DNA of 20,000 bases from an uncultured virus (IMG/VR IMGVR_UViG_3300021306_000185). Its lineage: Duplodnaviria; Heunggongvirae; Uroviricota; Caudoviricetes. Position 1 is the first letter of the stretch, and each line of letters opens with the position of its first letter. Below, one piece after another: positions 1-7,272 of this stretch. Both the position numbers and the translations under genes were made by a program. Below the pieces are notes generated by a model. The model saw only the letters and a program-made list of their open reading frames with translations, did not search any database and was not told the DNA's origin. Location: IMG/VR virus record IMGVR_UViG_3300021306_000185. One strand, written 5' to 3'.

Positions 1-1
1 C

Positions 2-514
2 AAGAAATCGTATGCAATCAAGTTGGTAAAGCTATCGGAAGGGCAGTCTATCGCTGCACCAAATGCTGCTGGCGGCGCTGAGATTTTCATCGTTATGAAC
101 GTTGGTAAGAACGTCTCGTTTACTGCCACTGTTGCCGATGAAAAAGGTCTAACAGGAAAATCGAACGAGATAAAGTATGCTTTCCGCAGACCTATCTACT
201 ACGGCATCGTAGCTGATACCAACGCTAACCCAGGTATAACCCAAGGGCTAACGAAGGTCATACCTACGGCGAACAGCGGCACTATCACGGCGGCATTCGG
301 GAAGTTCGACTCGATGCGCATGATCGTGGCTGTGGCTGGTACAGTCTCGGACATACTTAACCCGTCGGGCTACAAGATTCTGAACTCGTTCGATACTCGG
401 TTTGTCATCAAGATTCCGTGTCTCGATGGGCAGGAAGTGCCTTACAACATCTACATCTCTAACCCAAACAAGCAGGAGTCATATACCTGCAAAATCACTT
501 ACTCACTCAACTGA
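2..514 (+). CDS. Phage structural/fibre-associated beta-rich protein, 5'-truncated by the window edge
   Basis: Frame is open from base 2 (KKSYAIK upstream of the TTG at 23). Beta-rich sequence with a 'PIYYG' motif. Stop overlaps the next ATG (TGATG). Confidence 0.55.
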   Translation, partial: KKSYAIKLVKLSEGQSIAAPNAAGGAEIFIVMNVGKNVSFTATVADEKGLTGKSNEIKYAFRRPIYYGIVADTNANPGITQGLTKVIPTANSGTITAAFGKFDSMRMIVAVAGTVSDILNPSGYKILNSFDTRFVIKIPCLDGQEVPYNIYISNPNKQESYTCKITYSLN

Positions 515-840
515 TGTCAAACTCTTTCGGCAAAGGCATAGCGATGAACTGCGGCTTCGACATGGGCTCACAAGAGCTCGTGGACAACCGCTGTCGCTTC
601 GATTCGTTGGCGGAACGCGATGCGCTTGAGGAGATCAAGCGTGCCGTGGGTTTGCAGGTCTTTGTGCGAGAGACAGACACTGTCTACGTGTGGAATGGCA
701 AGGAGTGGATAGCTGTCGGGGGTGCGAATGACGAGGGCGAGTATCAGGTGTTCGAGAACCACTTCTTAGCATCCGAGGCGGGCAAAGAGATTGCCGACTG
801 CCATAACTCCGATAACACTAAAGATGACTGTCTGAAATGA
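514..840 (+). CDS. Phage fibre/adaptor-like protein
   Basis: 108 aa with 'VDNR..FDSLAERDAL...VGLQVFVRETDTVYVWNG.EW', a motif I associate with phage fibre/decoration proteins. Coupled to both neighbours. Confidence 0.55.
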   Translation: MSNSFGKGIAMNCGFDMGSQELVDNRCRFDSLAERDALEEIKRAVGLQVFVRETDTVYVWNGKEWIAVGGANDEGEYQVFENHFLASEAGKEIADCHNSDNTKDDCLK

Positions 841-1364
841 TTACGAGCGATTCCAACATAATGCAGAAACAGGGCGACTTCATCGCTCGCAAACTCATGC
901 TCATGGAGGCTCGTCTCAGGGAGTGTGAGCGGCTGCTTGAATTGTACAAATGCAAGTGCAACGACAAGGATAAACTGACTTTCGAGGATTTCGTCGAGTG
1001 TGATAGTCCTGTTGTCATTGCTGACACCATTGAGTTCAGTGATTTCGTAGAGTGCAGTAGTCCTGTTGTTATTGCCGATATTATTGAGTTCAGTGATTTC
1101 GTCGAGTGCGGTACTCCTATTGTCATTGCCGATACCATTGAGTTCGGTGATTTTGTAGATGCGAAAGGAGACATACTGACGTTCAAAGACTTCGTGGATG
1201 CGAACGGCAATACATTGACGTTCAAAGACTTTGTGAATACGAATAGCAATCAATTGACATTCTCAAACTTCATAGAAACGAGCAAGAACACCATGACCTT
1301 CGGCAACTTCGTGAACCAGACGGCCTCAACGCTAACCTTCAATAACTACATCAATCATGAGTAA
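837..1364 (+). CDS. Repeat protein with N-terminal coiled coil and nine F-x-[DN]-[FY]-[VI] repeats
   Basis: 175 aa, ATGA overlap with upstream stop. Three 18-aa repeats followed by 13-aa repeats. Confidence 0.75.
   Translation: MITSDSNIMQKQGDFIARKLMLMEARLRECERLLELYKCKCNDKDKLTFEDFVECDSPVVIADTIEFSDFVECSSPVVIADIIEFSDFVECGTPIVIADTIEFGDFVDAKGDILTFKDFVDANGNTLTFKDFVNTNSNQLTFSNFIETSKNTMTFGNFVNQTASTLTFNNYINHE
987..1352 (+). repeat. Intragenic tandem repeats: 3 x 54 nt then about 5 x 39 nt
   Basis: Units start at 987, 1041, 1095 (54-nt period), then 1149, 1188, 1227, 1266, 1305 and a partial unit at 1344 (39-nt period). Confidence 0.85.
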
Positions 1365-1881
1365 ATACGCGCTCTCCTTCACCACTCAGGGCAACGACCT
1401 GAACACCTACTACTTAGCCGCATCTGTACTTGGTATGGTAGCGACAAAGTACAGCAGTTCGTCTGTAAACATAAATACCAATAACGGATTCAACAACTCA
1501 TCCTACGCCAAAACGTTCCAGACGTTCATCGATGGCGTTTTCGATGCTAAGTATTGGAAGACATCTGTCAAGTGCATCCCCGCAGCTAAGATGTTCGCCA
1601 TGAGCAACGTCTCCAACAATGCCACGAAGACTGCTACGGCGGTCTCTTACAGCTCTACAACGACAGGTACGACGGCCAACAACAGCCTATCGGGACTCAA
1701 CTCTTGGCTCAATGGCTTAACGGGCTACAATCAGTGGTCGTTAGCTGTCAACCAGTCTGTGCCCTACGTCAACTACAAGATTTCGTGCATGAGCGAGACC
1801 GACTACAAGGATCTCGTCAATGCCGTCATCAAGGCAGGCAACCTCACTGGGTATTCACAGACCAACTCTCCAGTTCAGTAA
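1357..1881 (+). CDS. Ser/Thr/Asn-rich hypothetical virion-associated protein
   Basis: 174 aa ORF overlapping the previous stop, codon usage like its neighbours. Confidence 0.65.
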   Translation: MSKYALSFTTQGNDLNTYYLAASVLGMVATKYSSSSVNINTNNGFNNSSYAKTFQTFIDGVFDAKYWKTSVKCIPAAKMFAMSNVSNNATKTATAVSYSSTTTGTTANNSLSGLNSWLNGLTGYNQWSLAVNQSVPYVNYKISCMSETDYKDLVNAVIKAGNLTGYSQTNSPVQ

Positions 1882-1912
1882 ACTCTTAACTCTAAACTTT
1901 TAACTCTTAACT
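1881..1912 (+). repeat. Heptamer array (AACTYTW) upstream of start codon
   Basis: aactctt aactcta aactttt aactctt aact, then attt ATG at 1917. Confidence 0.85.
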
Positions 1913-1916
1913 ATTT

Positions 1917-2309
1917 ATGGTACTCAACACAATTCTCGCAAAGATTGGTGACTTTCTTGGTCGCAAGTTCAAGCTCATCGCAAGTCAGTTCGACAACATC
2001 ATCAACGTTGTCATCCCCAAGGCCAAGACCGAGGCTGTCACCGAAGCCAAGAAGTACACCGACGACAAGTGCACCGTCGTTCTCAACGAGGCTAAGGCGT
2101 ACACCAATACACAGATAAACAACCTCGTCAACGGTGCGCCCGAGGCTCTCGACACCCTCAAGGAACTCGCCGATGCCGTCGGTCAGAATGGCGACATCAT
2201 CACCACCATCAACAACACGCTCAATGGCATTGGTACTTACGAAGAGTTCGTTGCGGCATTCAACGAGCAGGTCGGTAAGGACAGCATTTTCTATGAGAAG
2301 ACAGCCTAA
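1917..2309 (+). CDS. Fibre connector-like protein (GAPEALDTLKELADA motif)
   Basis: Contains 'INNLVNGAPEALDTLKELADAV', a common phage fibre motif, 'EAKKYTD/EAKAYTN' coiled-coil repeats and C-terminal 'IGTYEEFVAAF'. Paralogue of 14299..14775. Confidence 0.75.
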   Translation: MVLNTILAKIGDFLGRKFKLIASQFDNIINVVIPKAKTEAVTEAKKYTDDKCTVVLNEAKAYTNTQINNLVNGAPEALDTLKELADAVGQNGDIITTINNTLNGIGTYEEFVAAFNEQVGKDSIFYEKTA

Positions 2310-2328
2310 CCACTAATCCCGAACCACC

Positions 2329-2694
2329 ATGTTTGAAACGCTTCAACAATGGATGGCACTTGTACTCGTACCGCTCACCAGCGCAATAACCTGGTGGGCG
2401 GCGAGGCACAAGCGCAACACAGAGCAGGCGCAACTCGACAACGACACCGTCAACGATCTCCGCAAGACCGTCGATGACTGCGTAGAGCAGAACAAACAGC
2501 TCTACGATAAGATTTTTCAGTTGCGTGTAGACTATGCGCAAATCAAGACCGAGTGCATCGAACTCGACAGCAAGAACAAGCAACTCGCGCAGACAATCGA
2601 CATGCTCAAGCGTGCCAACGAGGAACTGAATCAGACTATCGATGCGCTCCGCAACGAGAATGAACAACTAAGAAAACTAATCTGTAGAGGTTAA
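2329..2694 (+). CDS. Holin-like membrane protein (single TM plus long coiled coil)
   Basis: N-terminal hydrophobic segment (WMALVLVPLTSAITWWAA) followed by basic residues and a heptad coiled coil. Lies near the spanin-like and amidase genes. Confidence 0.55.
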   Translation: MFETLQQWMALVLVPLTSAITWWAARHKRNTEQAQLDNDTVNDLRKTVDDCVEQNKQLYDKIFQLRVDYAQIKTECIELDSKNKQLAQTIDMLKRANEELNQTIDALRNENEQLRKLICRG

Positions 2695-3039
2695 AGTTTG
2701 GCGAGGGAACGTGTAATAGACATTTAGTGCAAAGAAAGGAATTTCTAGTATGGCCAACACGCCAAATACGCTACGTGTAACTGCAAGTCCTATAAGGCCT
2801 ATTGAGTATAAGCCAAACACTATTATCATTATTGCCGATAGACAATGATTTGTTTTACGTTTCAATAGACAAAAAGCAGCCCATAAAAACAAAGGACTTG
2901 GTATCACTATTATCCATGCAATCCAGATAAGAAAGGCTACGAAAACATTATCATCATTAGCACCGTGCAACACAAGAGCCAAGATAATAATGCTTGCCAA
3001 ACTAACTAGTATGTCAACATAAGCGAGAATCCTTTTCAT
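2677..3039 (-). CDS. AT-rich four-TM membrane protein (moron-like)
   Basis: 120 aa with four hydrophobic segments, antisense to the block, visibly lower GC, with its own promoter motif. Confidence 0.7.
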   Translation of the reverse strand: MKRILAYVDILVSLASIIILALVLHGANDDNVFVAFLIWIAWIIVIPSPLFLWAAFCLLKRKTNHCLSAIMIIVFGLYSIGLIGLAVTRSVFGVLAILEIPFFALNVYYTFPRQTLTSTD

Positions 3040-3060
3040 ATTAATCCGAAAATATTACCG

Positions 3061-3090
3061 CAAAAGTAATAAATTACCATGCAATACAAA
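3061..3090 (-). promoter_or_regulatory. Bacteroidota sigma-ABfr-type promoter for the antisense membrane gene
   Basis: On the minus strand TTTG (3090-3087), 18 nt spacer, TACTTTTG (3068-3061), matching the TAnnTTTG -7 consensus, 21 nt upstream of the ATG at 3039. Confidence 0.6.
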
Positions 3091-3252
3091 CTCTCAATCA
3101 AAGTAGATGCGAGCGGTGAAGCCGAGGTAAAGCAACTCGGCACGCTCCTCCAAAAGGTGCTATCTACGTCCGACAAGCAAGATGTTATCCGCTTGCTCGA
3201 CAAGGTGGTCAAGAACCCACTCCTCATCAAGACAGCTCTAAAATTCGCATGA
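3079..3252 (+). CDS. Small 57-aa hypothetical protein (absent from ORF track)
   Basis: My translation: MQYKLSIKVDASGEAEVKQLGTLLQKVLSTSDKQDVIRLLDKVVKNPLLIKTALKFA*. A-rich leader and ATGA coupling to 3249. Confidence 0.7.
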   Translation: MQYKLSIKVDASGEAEVKQLGTLLQKVLSTSDKQDVIRLLDKVVKNPLLIKTALKFA

Positions 3253-3674
3253 GCAGAATACTTATAGGCATACTAATGATGATGCTCGTCGTGAGCTGTC
3301 GACCGACGCAATACATAGAGACTGTGCGAAGGGTCGAGGTGCGCGATACGCTCATAGTTACGAAGCCCGACACTGCCAGTCTGCACGCGCTCATCGAGTG
3401 CGACTCGCTTGGCAACTTACTCGTACGTGAGATTGAGGCGCTGCAAGGTGAACGTGCGAAGGTCAACACAAATGTCAAGTTTAACAACCATAAGGAAGCC
3501 GAGATAAACACTGTGTACATACTTCAGCCAGACACGGTCTACGTACCTATGTACCGAGAGAAGGAGACGACGACACAAACTGTTGCGCCAGAGGAAAAGC
3601 CCGACTTATGGTTTGCGTGGCTGCTCATCGGCATCATCATCGGCTGCTTAATCACATTCAAGCTAATCAGATGA
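3249..3674 (+). CDS. Unimolecular spanin-like lipoprotein
   Basis: Signal peptide II with lipobox (LVVS-C17), beta-rich middle and C-terminal TM (LWFAWLLIGIIIGCLITF). This is the u-spanin architecture. Confidence 0.65.
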   Translation: MSRILIGILMMMLVVSCRPTQYIETVRRVEVRDTLIVTKPDTASLHALIECDSLGNLLVREIEALQGERAKVNTNVKFNNHKEAEINTVYILQPDTVYVPMYREKETTTQTVAPEEKPDLWFAWLLIGIIIGCLITFKLIR

Positions 3675-4144
3675 ATCTATCCGACAATCAATTGCGTGTA
3701 TTGCTCAAAGCGGCTGGCATCACGGCACTTGGTGTGACGGCGCTCGTCATAGGCGTGCGCATTGTCAAGCGCATACGCGAGGGTCGCAACGAGCGTGAAT
3801 TGTCAAACGCCGTCAACAGTCTGACCACAACCGACAATGAGATCTCAGCGACAATAACTTCCGAGCAGGCCAAGATATTCGCAAACACGCTCTTCGAAGC
3901 GTTCAATGTCTGGAATGGTACGGATACCGATGTCATCAAGTCCGTCATCGCCAAGCTGAAGAATGGTAAGGACTGGCTCGCGGTTATCAAGGCGTTCGGT
4001 GTCAAGCCATACGGCACGACAGGCACGCCGTGGTTCGGCGATGGCATCCAGCTCGACCTCGTAGGTTGGTTTCGCAAGGAGCTCAGCGGCTCGATGATGG
4101 AGGAGATAGAGACTAAGCTCAGTAAGTATGGAATCAACATATAA
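3671..4144 (+). CDS. Membrane-anchored annexin-repeat-like protein
   Basis: Start at ATG 3671 (ATGA overlap). N-terminal TM, then 'ANTLFEAFNVWNGTDTDVIKSVIAKL...WLAVIKAFG...LVGWFRKELSG', resembling the annexin repeat consensus (L..A..G.GTDE..i..il...L...i..e.SG). Confidence 0.55.
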   Translation: MNLSDNQLRVLLKAAGITALGVTALVIGVRIVKRIREGRNERELSNAVNSLTTTDNEISATITSEQAKIFANTLFEAFNVWNGTDTDVIKSVIAKLKNGKDWLAVIKAFGVKPYGTTGTPWFGDGIQLDLVGWFRKELSGSMMEEIETKLSKYGINI

Positions 4145-4670
4145 CCGCAAGTGGACAATTCTTCTTGTGGCTGGCATAGCTACGACTGCTGCTGGCATAA
4201 TCATCTACCGCAAATACAAGACTCAAATCATGAACCTCGTTGACAAGACAAAACTCGCTCTCGTGGGGCGGACTATCAATAAGATTATCGTTCACTGCAC
4301 CGCCACTCGTCCCTCGCAAGCCTGCACAGTCGAACTGATTGACAAGTGGCATCGTGAGCGTGGGTTCGACTGCATTGGCTATCACTACGTCATTTATAGA
4401 GACGGTTCGGTGCATGAAGGCAGACCGCTGTCGAAAGTCGGGGCGCATTGCGTTGGGCAGAACTCGAACTCCATCGGCATATCGTATTGTGGCGGTGTGG
4501 CTGAGGACGGCAAGACACCGCAAGACAATCGAACTGATACACAGAAAGCCTCGCTTCGTCAACTTATCAAAGAACTCCGTCAGGCATACGGCAATATTCC
4601 AGTCTATGGTCATCGTGACTTCGCCAACAAAGCCTGCCCATCATTCGACGCAAAATCAGAATTCAACTAA
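4128..4670 (+). CDS. N-acetylmuramoyl-L-alanine amidase (T7 lysozyme/Amidase_2 type) with N-terminal TM
   Basis: Motifs IIVHCTAT, IGYHYVI, GAHC.G.N.NSIGI.Y, GHRD, KACP. Hydrophobic Gly/Ala-rich N-terminus. Confidence 0.9.
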   Translation: MESTYNRKWTILLVAGIATTAAGIIIYRKYKTQIMNLVDKTKLALVGRTINKIIVHCTATRPSQACTVELIDKWHRERGFDCIGYHYVIYRDGSVHEGRPLSKVGAHCVGQNSNSIGISYCGGVAEDGKTPQDNRTDTQKASLRQLIKELRQAYGNIPVYGHRDFANKACPSFDAKSEFN

Positions 4671-4682
4671 CACGTAATAATC

Positions 4683-5000
4683 ATGGCAACAAAGAAAACC
4701 ACCAAGCGCAAGATAACTACGCGCACCTACAAGAAGCGCACGACAACTCGCAAGAAAACCGCTCGCAAGCGCACAACACGTTCAACAAGTAAGAAAACGA
4801 CCAGCGTGTCTGGTTCGGTATGGAAAGCAATCCGCAAGGCTGCTGCCATTGTCCGCAGTGCTGTCCGTGCCAAGACGCACAACGAGACAGCCGCTCGCAA
4901 GGCAGGACGTGCCGTTCGTGGTGCTGCTCGTCAGACTATCAAGAAGAACGTTGGCGCATCGGCTCTCAACGGTGTGAGGCGTGGCCGTCGCAGCCGTTAG
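4683..5000 (+). CDS. Highly basic histone H1/protamine-like protein
   Basis: 105 aa, 36 Lys+Arg and a single acidic residue by my count. A-rich leader. Confidence 0.7.
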   Translation: MATKKTTKRKITTRTYKKRTTTRKKTARKRTTRSTSKKTTSVSGSVWKAIRKAAAIVRSAVRAKTHNETAARKAGRAVRGAARQTIKKNVGASALNGVRRGRRSR

Positions 5001-5029
5001 TGCAGCTCTCATCGCAACAACAATAATCT

Positions 5030-5062
5030 TGAAACGCTGATGCCAATCACGTCAGCGTTTCA
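5030..5062 (+). terminator. Stem-loop, possible terminator or stabilising hairpin
   Basis: tgaaacgctga (5030-5040) pairs perfectly with tcagcgtttca (5052-5062). U-tract is weak. Confidence 0.55.
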
Positions 5063-5082
5063 TTCATACAATCATCGAACTC

Positions 5083-5379
5083 ATGAATCCTACCAGCACT
5101 TCACTCCTGCTCGCTCTCCTCGGTGAGCAAACTACCCCTGCCATCGTCGAAGAACTCTCCGATACTCTCATGTACGTTGGCTATTGTCTGCCGACAACCA
5201 CGAGCTACGATGATCCGACGTGGCTCATTCGCCGTGTCAAGAAGACCACCAATGAAGATGGATCGTCATTACAGACTATTATGTACCCGAATGGAGAAAG
5301 ACGGTATAATCAGAAGTGGTCAGAAAGAGGGGAATTGGTCTTTACGTATGTCGCTGGCTGGTCAGAGAGTGATGATTAG
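5083..5379 (+). CDS. Small phage-associated structural-type protein
   Basis: 98 aa with pattern 'YVGY..P......PTWLIRR......G......YPNG...Y...W..R..L.F', which I recognise from phage morphogenesis regions. Confidence 0.6.
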   Translation: MNPTSTSLLLALLGEQTTPAIVEELSDTLMYVGYCLPTTTSYDDPTWLIRRVKKTTNEDGSSLQTIMYPNGERRYNQKWSERGELVFTYVAGWSESDD

Positions 5380-5410
5380 GACGAGAGAATTCTTTAGACT
5401 CAAAATAAAT

Positions 5411-5446
5411 TGCGCCTCCATTTCTTTGCGTAAAGGGGGCGTATTT
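5411..5446. terminator. Imperfect hairpin between the converging blocks
   Basis: tgcgcctcc ... gggggcgta with G-U pairs and AT-rich flanks, lying between converging genes. Confidence 0.35.
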
Positions 5447-5575
5447 GCGTTAAATTTGAGAGGCAAAACAAGGTCGTTGGGGAAGTGCTATAGAGTCGTT
5501 TGATACTATCTTGATACAATATTTTGCAATATATTGAATAACAATATCGTTTCTAAATCCCCTCCAACGGTTTCT

Positions 5576-6463
5576 TCACTTGATCCGGTATTCTATTGTT
5601 GAGTGCCAGCTATCGGTAGCATCGAAGCTGACCACGAAGTATCCACTTCCGGGCATCACACGGACGTCGATGGGTTTGGCATCGCCATAGCCGCTGGAGG
5701 TCTGACCTGTTGCACTTACGGCGGTGCTGCTTGCTTCCACGATGTGCGGCACTTCTACTCCATCTACCGTCTGAAGGTAGTCTGTGAGATGCTCCAAGAC
5801 GAGTTCGCCGTTGAATGGTAGCTGCTTCAAATACTCTTTGATAGCCGTTTGAATGGGGCTCGAAGGCTCGCTGATGAGCGTTCCATCGGTGTTATACATA
5901 GTGTCGTCTACATATACAACGAGTTTGAGCGTCAGACGATCACCCGCTTGGCTAAGTATGGTGGTTTGAATGCCGGCATCTTTTATCCTACCTATGTATG
6001 ATGAGAATGCCGACAGACGGTTGCTCGGTAGGTATGTGAGGTTGCCATCGCTATCGGTGGTGGCAACTTTTATGACGAGTCCGCCCGTGTCGGCTTCGTT
6101 TACGGCGCATTGGCTGACGGGCTTCTCCGTGTCGGATGTCTCGTCGGTGGTGTAGTCGGCAGTTGCATCGTCGATGGCTTCGCCATAGCGGAATGCGAGC
6201 GCCTTCTGCTGATACCAGGTGAGCGTATGTGGGCGTAGAGCCGCCACAACCGACGTCACTTCGGTGAGGTGCGTTTCGGTGAGGCGCTCAATGGCGTAGG
6301 CACACACGGCAAATACATAGAATAGTATGCTCTCGATACTTGCCTTGCTGAAATGTGCCGAGAACTTCTGATTTTCGCCAAATCCGTATGCCGACTGTGC
6401 CGCGCTGTCGCGCATAAAGGCGGTGGTCATCGCCTCTTTTATCTCTTCTATTGTTCGTGCCAT
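5576..6463 (-). CDS. Baseplate wedge protein (P2 gpJ/Mu gp47-like)
   Basis: 'MARTIEEIK..MT..F', 'FSKASIESILFYVFA', 'PHTLTWY...ALAF.YG', 'IKDAG', 'YLKQLPFNGEL...HLTD.LQ.VDGV' match Bacteroidota prophage baseplate J-like proteins. Follows W-like and LysM-like genes. Confidence 0.85.
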   Translation of the reverse strand: MARTIEEIKEAMTTAFMRDSAAQSAYGFGENQKFSAHFSKASIESILFYVFAVCAYAIERLTETHLTEVTSVVAALRPHTLTWYQQKALAFRYGEAIDDATADYTTDETSDTEKPVSQCAVNEADTGGLVIKVATTDSDGNLTYLPSNRLSAFSSYIGRIKDAGIQTTILSQAGDRLTLKLVVYVDDTMYNTDGTLISEPSSPIQTAIKEYLKQLPFNGELVLEHLTDYLQTVDGVEVPHIVEASSTAVSATGQTSSGYGDAKPIDVRVMPGSGYFVVSFDATDSWHSTIEYRIK

Positions 6464-6469
6464 GGGGTA

Positions 6470-6790
6470 TTAATTATTGGGTGAGACCACGAAGACCGGC
6501 ACTGGCGCTTTTATGTACCAATATGCTATGCCTTCGGGGTTTAGTTCATCTATCTCTTCTTGGCTTGCCGACGTGGCAGGCGTTATGCTGTTCAACTCGT
6601 ATGCACTCACCACGGCGCGGTCGGTCTTAGCATCCACTGTCGGTATTAGCAAAACAGTATTTGCTGCCACTTCGTCGGATAGAACCAGGTCGTTGGCTTC
6701 GGCAAGGTTGTAGGCTAATTCGGCGCGGCCCCACACTTCGAGGGCTATGTCAAAAAGCGTTTGTCTGTCTTGGGCTGTAATGGTTTGCAC
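6470..6790 (-). CDS. LysM-like baseplate protein (P2 gpX-like)
   Basis: GTG start, 'QTLFDIAL...G......LAEAN', C-terminal 'EGIAYWYI...FVVS'. Confidence 0.8.
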   Translation of the reverse strand: MQTITAQDRQTLFDIALEVWGRAELAYNLAEANDLVLSDEVAANTVLLIPTVDAKTDRAVVSAYELNSITPATSASQEEIDELNPEGIAYWYIKAPVPVFVVSPNN

Positions 6791-6875
6791 GTCTTTAGTT
6801 ATAAGTTATTAGTTACGAGTGTTAGTCGCTGATGGACGATGGTTACTCGGAACTCGTAATTGGGAATTCGGAACT
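6791..6875 (-). repeat. Bipartite heptamer spacer
   Basis: Minus strand reads agttccg aattccc aattacg agttccg agtaacc ... actcgt aactaat aacttat aactaaa gac GTG. Confidence 0.75.
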
Positions 6876-7164
6876 ATTCAACTTCCATTTGAATGGCGTT
6901 TGAACGGCTATCAACGGCGAGGTTCTTCACCTTCAGCCCTACCGCCACAAGTTGTTTGCGTAGGCGTGTCAGCCAGAGCGCTTGACGAGGAGAACCGAGT
7001 TGACGGTTGGCTTCGCCACCGATGAGTGGCAGCTCCTTCAGTTCACCTCGGTTGGCCGTGGTGACAATGGTTGCTATCGTCGTTTGTGGACGACCCAACG
7101 CAATGCATCTGCCATCTATTAGCAGGTCGTTGGTTTCGCTGTCGAGTATTAGTCCAAGGGTCAT
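6874..7164 (-). CDS. gp25/gpW-like baseplate (sheath initiator) protein
   Basis: 96 aa, 'GLILD....DLLI', 'NRGELKELPLIG'. Size and position upstream of LysM and J fit. Confidence 0.7.
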   Translation of the reverse strand: MTLGLILDSETNDLLIDGRCIALGRPQTTIATIVTTANRGELKELPLIGGEANRQLGSPRQALWLTRLRKQLVAVGLKVKNLAVDSRSNAIQMEVE

Positions 7165-7196
7165 TGAGAATTAAGAATTTATAATTAAGAAGTAAG

Positions 7197-7249
7197 AATT
7201 ATAAGAGCATGGCTTACGGCGGACGCGGCACGCCACGGCTCTCTTACTT
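7197..7249 (-). repeat. 53-bp dispersed repeat, copy 1
   Basis: Exact reverse complement of 16634-16686. Similarity continues through the heptamer arm to the start codon. Confidence 0.95.
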
Positions 7250-7272
7250 ATTACTTTCTACTTACTACTTTT

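Noticed and set aside
1357..1881. Diversity-generating retroelement target or template (many AAC codons)
   Set aside because: No second copy differing at adenines and no reverse transcriptase in the window.
3608..3670. Start at 3608 for the annexin-like ORF
   Set aside because: It overlaps the spanin TM-coding region. ATG 3671 gives ATGA coupling.
4962..5000. Adenovirus-type protease cleavage site in LNGVRR
   Set aside because: Does not match (M/L/I)xGG-x or (M/L/I)xGx-G, and no such protease is in the window.
5428..5455. dif-like site (TTGCGTTAAAT resembles the XerD arm)
   Set aside because: Two mismatches in the XerD arm and no credible XerC arm at 6-bp spacing.
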